Of a stretch of 64,000 bases of DNA, positions 12,073 to 23,561 are shown piece after piece; within the stretch, counting starts at the first letter, position 1; every line of letters starts with the position of its first letter. Both the position numbers and the translations under genes were made by a program. The notes beneath the pieces were generated by a model. That model was not told the DNA's origin and did not search any database. It worked only from the letters and a program-made list of their open reading frames with translations. The DNA comes from Mobula hypostoma (lineage: Eukaryota). The stretch is from positions 42,472,001-42,536,000 of the forward strand of contig NC_086097.1 of NCBI RefSeq assembly GCF_963921235.1, given 5' to 3'.

Positions 12073-15000
12073 TGTTGTTGTTTGTCCTTCGTAGTCGAAG
12101 ATGACCATGGCTTCAAAGTCAAATGGGAGATTGGTGGCTGTGGGTCCAGAGGTGACTGATGAGGCCAGTCCGGGCCCTGAAGGCTTGCCCACATGTGGGA
12201 CACAAGTGGGTGGGTGCTGTCGTGGCAGTGGATGCTGCTCGGGCCTTGCGCACAGCACGCTTTCATTGCGCCTCGATGATGCGCCTGACTTCAGCTGCAC
12301 GGGCTCCTGTGGTGATCTTGCTGCGCCAAGCTGGACGGTCGAGGGCAAGCATCTCCCACGTGTTGATGTCGACACCCAGGCCTTTGAGGGACGCTTTGAG
12401 GCAGTCTTTGTAACGTTTCTTCTGCCCCCCGACTGAGCGCTTGCCCTGACCCAGTTCTCCGTACAGCAGCTGCTTAGGCAATCGGCTGTCAGGCATTCTG
12501 ACCACATGTCCAGCCCACCTGGCTTGGGCTTTCAGCAGGAGGGTGTAGACGCTGCAGAGCCCAGCTCGTTCCAGGATTTCCGTGTCGGGGACTTTGTCCT
12601 GCCACCTGATGTGGAGGAGTCTGCGGAGACAGCTCAGGTGAAAGTGGTTGAGCTGTTTGGCGTGTCTGCTGTAGACAGTCCAGGTCTCGCTGGCGTAAAG
12701 GAGGGTGGTAAGGACCACTGCACAGTAGACCTTCAGCTTGGTGGTAAGGCTGAGTCCTCTCCACTCCCAGATATTCTCACGGAGTCTCCCAAAGGTGGCG
12801 CTGGCTTTGGCAATCCTGTTGTTGACCTCAGCGTCTATGTTCACTGCGTGAGAGAGTATGCTGCCCAGGTAGGTGAAGTTGTTGACTGCCTGGAGGTTCT
12901 GGCCCTTCACCGTGATGCGCGGCTCCTGGTATAGTTTTCCTGGGGCAGGCTGGTACATAACTTCGGTCTTTTTGGTGCTGATAGTGAGACCAAAGTTATC
13001 GCAGGCTTGTGAGAAGCAGTCCATTTCACGCTGCATCTCCTGCTCTGTGCTGGCGTTGAGTGCACAGTCATCAGCAAACAACAACTCTCTGATGACAGTC
13101 TCTCACACCTTTGTAACTGCCTGCAGGCGCCTATGGTTGAACAACCTGCAGTCAGTCCTGTACCTGACGTGGATTCCTTCTTCGTAGTTACAGAAGGCAT
13201 CTGTCAGCATGGCAGAGAATACCATACTGAACAGAGTCGGGGCAAGAACGCAGCCTTGTTTGTCGCCATTTGTCACTGGGAAGGCCTCCGACTCGTCACC
13301 GTCATCCAGAACTTTCACCATTGTGATGAACTTGCTGGGGCAGCCAAACTTCTCCATGATCTGCCACAAGCCTTCTCTGCTGACCGTATCGAAAGCCTTG
13401 GTTAGATCGACAAAGACCACGAAGAGGTCGCTGTGTTGCTCCTGGCATTTTTCCTGCCAAGCGCAGGAGCCAAGCGCAGCAAAAATCATGTCCACGGTCC
13501 CACGTTCAGCATGGAAGCCGCACTGGTTTTCTGGGAGCAGACCTTGCTCAAGATGTTGGAGAAGGCGGTTGAGCAGGACACGGGCCAGAATCTTCCCCGC
13601 AATGGACAAGAGGGAGATGCCTCGGTGGTTGTCGCAAGACTGGCGGTTGCCTTTCCTCTTGTAGATGTGGACTATGCTGGCATCTTTCAGCTGTTGCGGG
13701 ACCTGTCCCTTTTTCCACATGGACTGGAAGAGTACAGTCAGCTTTTGCATCATGACAGGGCTTCCTGCTTTGTATACCTCAGCAGGGATTGCATCGGGTC
13801 CTGGCGCTTTGCCACAGGAGAGTTGCTTCACTGCCTTCCTGACTTCATCTACTGTGGGGAGGGTCTTGTTGATCTCTACCTGGGGCAGGCGGGCAATGGC
13901 CTCGTTGTTGATGTTGGAAGGGTGGTTAAGGACCTTGTTAAAGTGCTCAGCCCACCGATCCAGAATCTGCTTCTTCTCTGTCAGCAGCTGCGTCTCATCT
14001 GCGTTGAGGAGAGGTGAGGAGCCGGAGGACTGGGGTCCGTATACAGCCTTAAGCACATCGTAGAAGTGCTTTATGTCGTGGCTGTCTGCATAGCCCTGGA
14101 TTTCATCGGCCTTCTTGCTGAACCAGCTGTCCTGCATCTTGCGAAGTTTTTTCTGCACCTTTCTTCTTGCATTGGTAAAGGCATCTTTCTTGGCTAGCGA
14201 CGTGGAGTCGTTCTGATGCGCTCTGTAATGTTGATGTTTCACCATTAGTAGTGCCTGAATTTCTTCATCATTCTCATCGAACCAGTCTTGGTTTCTTCAG
14301 GTTGCTGGTCCGAGATGTTCGAGGGTGGTAGTGTAGACAGCGTCTCTGAAGGCCGTCCACTGTTCGTCAACGTTGGTCCCGTCATTCTGTGGTGTGTCTG
14401 ACAGTCTGCCTTCAAGCTCATCGACGAGTTCTTCTGAAACCCTGCTGCTTTTCAGCTTGGAGACATTCAGCCTTTTTGCAGTCTTCTGCCCTTGGGGTCT
14501 TCTCATGGGCAGAATGCGAAGCCTGAACTTGGACACAATGAGGCGGTGGTCGGTCCAGCAGTCGGCACCACACATGGCTCTCGTCACTCTGACATCCATC
14601 CTGTCCCTCTTCCTGGTGATGATGTAGTCAATCAGATGCCAGTGCTTCGAGCGTGGGTGCATCCATGATGTCTTCTTACAGGTGGGTAAGCGGAACAGGG
14701 TGTTGGTGATGACAAGGTCGTGTGTGGCACATGTCTTGAGGAGCAGAAGGCCGTTGCTGTTACACTTGCCAGTGCCGTGTCTTCCAATGATCCCTTCCCA
14801 GGTTTGGTAGTCTGTCCCTACTCTGGCATTGAAGTCCCTGAGAACGATGAGCTTCTCTGACTGTGGGATTGCTGAGATGAGGGCGTCGAGTTCTTCATAG
14901 AAATTGTCTTTAATGTCTTCTGGGTTGGTCATGGTGGGAGCGTAGGCACTAATCAGCGTAGCACTCTTCTTGTTTGCAAGTGGGAGCTGAAGTGTCATCA

Positions 15001-16334
15001 GGCGGTCGTTGATGCTCTCTGGGTGCTTGGTGAGTTTACGGGCGAGGTTAGAATTGATGGTAAATCCCACGCCTGCTTCTCGTCGTTCAGCACTGCTGCG
15101 ACCGCTCCAGAAGAACGTGTATCCACCACTACGTTCTGTCAGCTGGCCCTTGTCTGCTAGGCGTGTTTCGCTGGGAGCTGCTATGTCCACATTGTAGCAA
15201 GCTAGCTCTTTTGCAACCAGTGCAGTTCTTCTCTCTGGTCTGTCTGCCTTGATGTTATCTCGCAGAGTTCTCACGTTCCATGTGCCAAGGTTGAGCACCA
15301 TCACTTTTTTCTTCACTGTTGTAGGTCGACCGCTATGAGGGATCCCCACCAGCCGCGGTAAGCTGGCCAGGGTGAAGTGAAGCAGACTATGTTTGAGGCA
15401 CCTTTTCCAGCCCCTTCCTCCATGGAGGTGAGCAGAGCGATCCTAAAGAGGGCTGCTCAGACACCCAGGGGGCTGCCGAACTCAACTGCTGCTTCAGTCC
15501 AGTAGAGAGCGACCCTATGCCCTGGGCCGCCTGTGTGCAGGTTTGTGACTACAGCTTCCAGTGTATCCGTACCTGCTGCTTCGCCATTCCCCCATTGCCA
15601 CAGGACTTTAGGTTGCGCGTTGGGTTTGAAGTCATGACTTGCGCTTGACTTGGATTAAAGTGAGGGAGAGTTGCGTAGATCGTCAGCCCTCTCTCGTCCC
15701 GGCCTATCTGGACCCAGTGGCAAGACATAGTCGAGATGGCTGGAGATAGGTCAGGATGCAGTGGATGGCCAGCAGTGTTCTGTGTGTCTCACTGTGCCCT
15801 CTTAGCGCTCCACGACGCATTGCTGAGAATCGCCTTTCTGCCCGTTGAACCAGTGATGGTTTCTTCCACACAGTCTGCCGAATCCAGGCTTCACACACTA
15901 GGTAGACAAGCCCTGAGTGTTGTGGGTCTACGGCGGTTCTTGCAGCGTGCTCGCAAGCCTCCCTACCCATTGTTGGGCATCCTCATCTGCCTTTGCAGCC
16001 GTTGGGAGATGTCTCCTCTTCCGCCTGCTCCGCCGTTGGGATGATCACCTTGGTTACTGGCCTATGGAAGTGGGCTCGCAGCTTGCCGCCGCGCTGGCCA
16101 TACCAGGTGGCGGGGGTGGGCGGCGGCGGTCACGACGAGCGGCAGGCCAGCTCCAGGCCTCGGGCCTCGCCTCCTCTGCCCGCCGCCACCTCACACTGGC
16201 TGCAGGCCGCCGATGGTGCGATGGCGGCGGGCGGCCCGGGGCCAGGCCCAGCCTCGGCCTCACCAAGAGGTGGCATCAGGGTACTCACCTGCTGGGCCCG
16301 CAACTGCTGAAGGACGGCAGCCATGTGGTCCACC
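12073..16334 (-). mobile_element. Near full-length RTE-clade non-LTR retrotransposon, 10-bp TSD
   Basis: TSD tccagtgagt at 12063-12072 and 16335-16344; (CAA)n 3' tail; APE+RT ORF. Confidence 0.95.
12119..15349 (-). pseudogene. RTE polyprotein: AP endonuclease, RT and C-terminal C2H2 finger; one frame with three internal TGA stops
   Basis: Track ORFs 14297-15349, 13103-14245 and 12263-13084 share one frame (GTWNVRTL, DFNARVG, TDHRL, GKAPGPDAIP, DLTKAFD, FADD), continuing to CPTCGQAFRARTGLISHLWTH and a stop at 12119-12121. Confidence 0.92.
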
Positions 16335-16781
16335 TCCAGTGAGTACAGGCCCAAAGCTGCCAAACACTCCTCATGTGTTAATCCCTTCATTCCTGGAATC
16401 ATCTTCGTGAACCTCCTCTGGACTCTCGAATAACAGCACATCCTTCCTGAAATGTAGAGCCAAAAACTGTTGACAATACTCCAAGTGCAGACTGACTATT
16501 GTCTTATAAAACCTCAGCATTAGCTCCTTGCTTTTATATTCTATCCCCCGTAAAATAAATACCATAATTGTGTTTGCCTTCTTTACCACAGACTCAACCT
16601 GTAAATTAACCTTCTAGGGGTCTTGCATGAGCACTTCCAAGTGCCCCTGCAACTCTGATGTTTGAACCTTCTCTCCATTTATATAATATTCCATACTATT
16701 GTTCCTTTTACCAAAATGCATTATCATACATTTCCCAACACTGTATTCCATCTACCACATTTTAGCCCATCCTTCCAATTT

Positions 16782-16947
16782 ATGGTATTGCTTTGCATTG
16801 CTGTAACTATAGGTTATAATTATGTGGTCTTGTCAGTGTTAGTCTTTGGTTTGTCCTTTTTTTGTGATATCACTCTGGAGGAACATTGTACCATTTCTTA
16901 ATGCATGCATTTCTAAACGAGGACTGAGTATCCTCATAATCTAATCT
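16782..16947 (+). mobile_element. 5'-truncated copy of the 11298-11987 family
   Basis: Same 3' sequence and (TAATC)n tail; aattt duplicated at 16777-16781 and 16948-16952. Confidence 0.8.
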
Positions 16948-17322
16948 AATTTGTCTAAGTCCTGCTGCAACCGTATTGTTTCCTCAGCATTACTTACCTG
17001 TCCAACCATCTTCGTATCATCTGCAAATATTGCCACAAGCCATCAATTCCATTATTTAAATCATTGACAAACAATGTGAAAAGTAGCAGTCCCAATACTG
17101 ACCCTTAAGGAACACAACCACTCACCAGCTGCCAACCAAAAAAGGCCTTTTTTTTTTGTTCCTACTCTCTGCCTCCTGCCTGTCAGCCATTCCTCTATCC
17201 ATGCCAGTATCTTTCCTGTAAAATCCCATAGGATTCTAGCTTGTCAAGCAGCCTCATGTGTGGCACCTTATCAAATGCCTTCTGAAAATCCAAGTAAATG
17301 ACATCTACTGCCTCTCCATGTC

Positions 17323-17692
17323 TATAAGACCATAAGACCATAAGATTTAGATAGGAGCAGAAGTAGGCCATTCTGCCCATCGAGTCTGCTCTGCTATTCA
17401 ATCATGGGCTGATCCAATTCTTCCAGTCATTCCCACTCCCCTGCTTTCACCCCATTCCCTTTGATGCCCTGACTAATCAAGAACCTATCTATCTCTGCCC
17501 TAAATACACCCAATGACTTGGCCTCCACAGCCACTCATGGCAACAAATTCCACAGATTTACCACCCTCTGATTAAAGTAATTTCTCCGCATCTCAGTTCT
17601 AATAGGACGTCCTTCAATCTTGAAGTCATGCCCTCTTGTCCTAGATTCCACTACCACGGGAAATAACTTTGCCATATCTAATCTGTTCAGGC
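17323..17692 (-). mobile_element. Short CR1 3' fragment nested in CR1
   Basis: ESRTRGHDFKI...QRVVNLWNLLP; (ataagacc)n tail; interrupts the host RT. Confidence 0.85.
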
Positions 17693-20600
17693 CTTGTCCA
17701 CCCTGCTTGTTACTTCCTCTAAGAACTCTAACAGATTTGTCAGGCAAGATTTCCAGTTACAGAAACCATGCTTTGACTTATTTTATCATTAGTCTCCAAA
17801 TATGTTGACACCTCATCCTTAATAATGGACTCCAATACTTCCTTAACCATTGAGGTTAGGTTAACTGGCCTATAATTTCCTTTCTTTTGCCTTCCTCACT
17901 TCTTAAAGAGTGGAGTTACATTTTCAATCATCTGGTCCTTCGGGACCGTGCCTGAGTCAAATGATTCTTGAAAGATCATGACCAATGCATCTGTTATCTC
18001 TTCAGCAACCTCTCTCAGGACTCTAGGATGTAGTCCATCTGGCCCAGGTGACTTATCCACCTTAAGACCTTTGAGTTTGCCTAACACTTTTTCCTTTATA
18101 ATAGCAGTGGCATTCACTCCTACTCCCTGACACTCACGGACCTCTGGCACACTGGTAGTGTCTCCCACAGTGAAGGCAGATGAAAAATACCCATTAAGTT
18201 CATCTGCCATTTTTTTGTCCACCATTACTAACTCACCACCATCATTTTCCAGTGGTCCAATATCAACTCTCACCTCCCTTTTACTCTTTATATAACTGAA
18301 AAACTTTTGATATCCTGCTTTATATTATTACCTAATATGTCTTCATATTTCATCTTTTCCTTTCTTATAGCTTTTTTAGTTGCCTTTTGTTGGATTTTAA
18401 AAACATCCTAATCATCCAAGTTCCCACTTACTTTTGCTACCTTATATGCCCTTTCCTTGGCTTTTATGCAGTCCTTAGCGTCCTTGGTCAGCCATGGTTG
18501 CCTACCCCTGCCATTTGAGGACTTCCTCCTCTGTAGGAGACATCTAACCTGCACCTTGTGAACTATTTCCATAAACCTCAGCCATCTCTGTTCTGCAGTC
18601 ATCCCCGCCAGTATCCTTCTGCAGTCCACCTGGGCAAGCTCTTCTCTCATGCCTCTGTAATTCCCTTTATTCCACTATGATACCAATACATCTAACTTAT
18701 GCTTCTCCCTCTCAAACTGCATTATGAATTCAATCATATTATGATCACTGCCTCCTCAGGGTTCCTTTACGTTAAGCTCCCAAATAAGATTTTGGTTATT
18801 ACACAACAGAATAGCCTTTACCCAAGTAGGCTGAAGCACAAACTACTCTTAAAAAGCCATGTCATAGGCAGTCAACAAATTCCCTCTCTTGCGATCTGAC
18901 ACCAACCTGATTTTCCGAAACCCCTTACATATTGAAGTCCCCAATTATAATTGTGTCATTACCCTTATTACGTGCCTTTTCCAAGTCCCTTTGCAATCTC
19001 AACCCCACATCCTAGCTACTATTTGGAAGCCTCTATATGATTCCAATAATGGTTTTTTTACCCTTGCAATTTCTGAACTCCACCCACAAAGATTCAACAT
19101 TCTCTGACCCTATGTCACCCCTTTCTAAAGATGTAATTCCATCTCTTAACAACAGAGCCACCACCACACCACCACCTATGTCCTCATGCCTGTCCTTTCG
19201 ATACAAAGTATATCCTTTGATATTAAGTTCCCAATTATGGCCTTCCTTCAGCCATGACTCAGTGAAGCCCACAATGTCATACCAACCAATCTCTAATTGC
19301 GCCACGAGTTCATTCACCTTATTCCAAATGCTATGCACATTTAAATACAGCACCTTCAGTCCTGCATCCTTCACCCTTTTGAATTTTTCCTCTGTGGTAC
19401 AATTTAGCTCTTTGCCTTGTCTGCATTTGTGCCTGTTTAGGGACAGTGATATGAGGAAATTAGATATCAGATTAGGAATTAGAGATAGGGATGTGTGGGA
19501 GTTAGTTGTTAGGCCTCCACTCCACATTCTGCAATTGAAATCCAGCAACATGGATGGGTGACAAGGACATCAACAGCCCAGGCCTCCACTCCATGCTTGA
19601 CAGTCTGTGACCAGAAGTCCATGCGAGCAGGAGGCACGGGAAAGGTCAGACGGCTAGCCCAGAATTTGAGCCTGGAGACTGGAGTCCCGTCATCAGCTAG
19701 TCTGGAGTTCAGTACCAAAGATGGGAGCCTAAATGTCGCTCGGTAGTCTGGAAATTGAAGCCTGATAGCCGAAGCCTAGAGATCAGTGGCCTCTCCTGGA
19801 GTTGGAGTGCAGTCAGTGTGTGTGGGTGAGTGACTGGGAGGGAGGAAAGGAGCTTGTTTTGCTCTTGTTGCTTTGTTGTTTGTTGTTGTTTTGTTGTTGT
19901 TCTGTGTTGTTCTGCCAAGCATTATGGGCATGCACGTTAACGCTGGAAAATGTGACAATGACAACACTTGAGGTCTACCCCCAGCACATTGCTAGATTGT
20001 GTTGGAAGTTTACGCAAATGACATTTTCAGTTTATGCCTCAGTGTACGTACTTGTGGTAAATAAATCCAAATCCGAATCTAGATCCTTACCCGGAATGGT
20101 CCTCGGTAGTCACCACATTCCCCCATTCTCCTGGCCCAGATACAGATACAGAGACTGACCTAAAATGTCCCCACTGTGGTCTGAATGCTGGCAGTGAAGG
20201 AACCCCACAGCCTAACAATTTCATTGTTCAATGTCCTGACGAATGGCAAATTCACATGGATGCATATCATAATGTTGCTAATCCCAGACAAAGTGAGGAT
20301 GAGTGATTTGCCAGCCACAATGCGGTAAGTGATTGAGCCCCATATTATTTGTGTGGTTCTATACCCGCACTTTCCTGGCAAGTTTGCTCCATCTATATGT
20401 AGATTGTGAAGAACTGTTGCTTTTTTTCATAAAGCTCTTTCTGCCGTTCTTTACACAGACTGATTAAACTGGCTGTTTGTTCTGAGTGTAGATACACAGT
20501 CTGAACCTTCCTCCCAGGCTTCATATGGTATTGGGTTGTGCACAGAAATTCTATTTGCATATGCACATAAGTACAAAAATATTCTTTGAGTGATGAAATT

Positions 20601-20974
20601 CTGCATGATGAGCCAGTAGAAAGCGATTGCTTTTGCATAAGGATACTGTACAAAAAAAAACAATTTGTTTGGAATAATTAGCAATATGGTCTTTCTAATT
20701 AACTTACAGAAATCTTTTGAAAACAACAGTAATTTGGATTTATATGCTATTTGAAGAAATAAATCTATCCCAAGATACTTCATAGTATCAAAAATAAGTG
20801 GCTGCTGCATGCTTAGCCCACTGCTTAATGTCTCTACACTCATCACTGTGTTGCTAAGCACAACTCAAATGCCATTTATAAATTTGCAAATTACACCACT
20901 GTTACGATAGAATCTCAGATGGCAATGTAATGTACAGGAGTGAGATAGATCAGCTGGTTGAGTGGTTTGACAAC

Positions 20975-23142
20975 TGTAGTGTATTTAATATTTCAGTAAT
21001 ATTTTAAATATATTGTTTGATTAAGCTTTCTTTGTTTATTTAATTAATTCATTATGGGTTGTATGTAAAGGATGTGAATGGCATACGTCAGTATACCACC
21101 ATGGCATATGAGCGTGCCTCTCTAAAGGTACACAAATTATTCCCAGATCCATGTTTTCCTTTCAATAAGTTTCTATGTTTCGGAGTTACAAAACATAACA
21201 GAGGTGACTACTAATTTTAAAAATAAACCCGAAATGATTACCTACCTGTTGAAGTGCAGTGAGAGGTTTGAGTTTAAAAAAAACAGTGTGCAGCATATGC
21301 TCAAGCTAAAAAAAAAATGCGGAAAATGGACAGATTCACAAATTCATAAACAGTGACTATCAGGTGACAATAATCATAAATAAAAGAAAGCACAAATGGC
21401 TGGCTACATTGGAGAGTTAGATGCGTTCAATTGCTCAAGAGATAACTGACATTGTACAGTAAGCAAATTAACCAGTATTTTAAAGCAAATGAAATTGCCA
21501 ATGAAATGTGAGTGTCAATTTTGCTAAGGGCATTGGATTTAAAGGCATACAGCTTGCTTAGAAATTTGTCGGCTCCAACCAAACCAGCAGAAATGAGCTT
21601 TCAGATATCATGAAAGTAATGCAGGAACATTTAGAACAGAAACCATTGTTGTTTTCAGAACACTTTAGGTTTCATAAGCAGGATCAAAAGGAAGGGGAGT
21701 CCATTTCGATGTATGTGGCTGAAACTGAAGAGATTGTCAGTTCAATGATGGGCTTAATGATGCACCATGGGGACATTTAATTCGTGGAATCTGATGATAA
21801 AGAATTCAAAAATGGCTCCTAACTGAAGCACAGCTTACATTTAAAAGAGTAGTTGAATAGCTGTAGCAATAGAAACAGCGAACAGAGACGCAATTGAATT
21901 GGAGTCAGGATCGAAAGTGAGCATGAACAAAATTGCAATATCTAAACAGAAACCGACCTGAACAAACAAATTGTGTTACTGGTGTTGCGGGGTCTCACAT
22001 ACACCAGACCAAAGTCAAAACTTGCAGAAAGTGCAATAAAGTAGGACATGAACAAAAAGCATGTCGAGCAGACAAAAATAATATGACTGCACAGGGATGA
22101 GGTAAAGATAAAAAGTCAAGTTGCAGTTTCAAAAAGAGCACTAATCTGCATGCTGTTGATGCAAAATCTGATAATGATGAGAGTGACACAGGACTAAGTA
22201 GCCTTGAGACTTACATTGTGAAAACTAACAATAGATAAGCAATATGGCTTACACCAGAAGTGAACAGCAAATTAATTAAAATAGAATTGGACATTGGCTC
22301 GTCTGTTTCAGGCATTCCATGAAATGGGTTTGGATGGTATTTCGAAAACACTGAACTGAAGTCTGCAGGTATCTACCTAAGACATTATACTGGAGAAAAG
22401 AAAATTCCTGTAGGAATAACATTCATAACAGTGAAATACAACAACCAACAAGCCACATTGGATTTCTATGTGGTAAAAACAGGAGGACCAGCATTGTGAG
22501 GACGTGATTGGCTGAGATATCTACAACTTGATTGGCGATCCATCCACCATTTGCATGTACATCCCCTGTAATAGAGACAACTGAAAGTGATTTACGAAAG
22601 GTACTGGATGATGCCTTAGCAGTGTTCAGGGGTTGCATTGGAAAACTCAAACATATCAAGGGTAAAATAGTACTAAATGAAAATGCCACTCACAAGTTTT
22701 ACAAAGCCTGCCCAGTTCCCTGCACCATCCATGATAAAATAGCTGATGAGCTAGATGTCATGAAGGCTGAAGGAATTCTTTCCAAGGTCAAGTGGAGCCT
22801 ATGGGCAACACCAGTAGTTCCAGTAGCCAATAAGAATGGGCCTGTAAGGATCTGTGGTGACTTTAAGGTCACCATCAACCAAAGACTGAAAGTAGATCAA
22901 TATCCTCTGTCCAGGGGTAGAGGATATCTTTGTAAACCTTTCTGGAAGATAACACTTGATTAAACATTCTTTGTTCATTTAAATAATTCATTACGAGCTA
23001 AATGTGGGTGGCATATGTCATTACGCCAGCAGGCCATACGCGCTGCCTTGCTAAAAGTAAAACTAAGAACATACACGAGTTATTCCTGGTCCCATGATTT
23101 CATTTCAATGGGCTTCTATGTTTTGGAGTTATGAAACATACT
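20975..23142 (+). mobile_element. Gypsy provirus remnant: 5' LTR 20975-21200, gag/PR/RT start, partial 3' LTR 22956-23142, inserted in a Rex fragment
   Basis: TGT...ACA LTR repeated in diverged form; gag MAGYIGELDAF from 21396; protease IELDIGS; RT WATPVVPV...RICGDFKVTIN; Rex frame (EIDQLVEW / KTKELIV) resumes across it. Confidence 0.88.
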
Positions 23143-23561
23143 AACCACTCACACTCAACATTAACAAGACAAAGGAATTGATTGTGAACTTCAGGAAGGG
23201 GAATTTCATTTTCTTGCAGACATACTCAATAAATCAAATAACCATAATAGAATCAATGAAAGACCATACCAATAGGGCAGACAATCAGTGTGGAAAAGCC
23301 AACAAACTGTGCAAACATAAAAAGAAATAATAATAATACTAATAAATAAGCAATAAATGTTGAGAACATGAGATGAAGAGTCCTTGAAAATGAAAGTTCA
23401 GAAACTTCTTCCCCTCTGCCATCAGATTTCTGAACGGTCTGTGAAACAATGAATCCTACATTATTATTTCTTGTTTTTGCACTACTTGTTTTTGTAATTT
23501 ATAGAAATGTTATCTCCTGATACTGTACTGCTGCTGCAAAACAACAAATATCACATCATAC

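Larger units (their letters stand above)
10975..19435 (-). mobile_element. Long CR1 LINE (APE+RT) hosting four nested insertions
   Basis: APE KVLYLNVHSI...GFTESWL (19033-19400), KSPGPDGLHPR (17896-18273), DFQKAFDKVPH, LEYC, 3' UTR near 10975; colinear once the insertions are removed. Confidence 0.9.

Noticed and set aside
12101..15197. Long plus-strand ORFs (e.g. 13433-14017); likewise 26001-26675, 19037-19561, 33870-34394
   Set aside because: Antisense shadows of LINE ORFs.
16289..16324. MAAVLQQ matches the N-terminus of nucleoporin TPR as I recall it
   Set aside because: Only 7 residues; the sequence diverges immediately and meets a splice donor, which is insufficient to name a gene.
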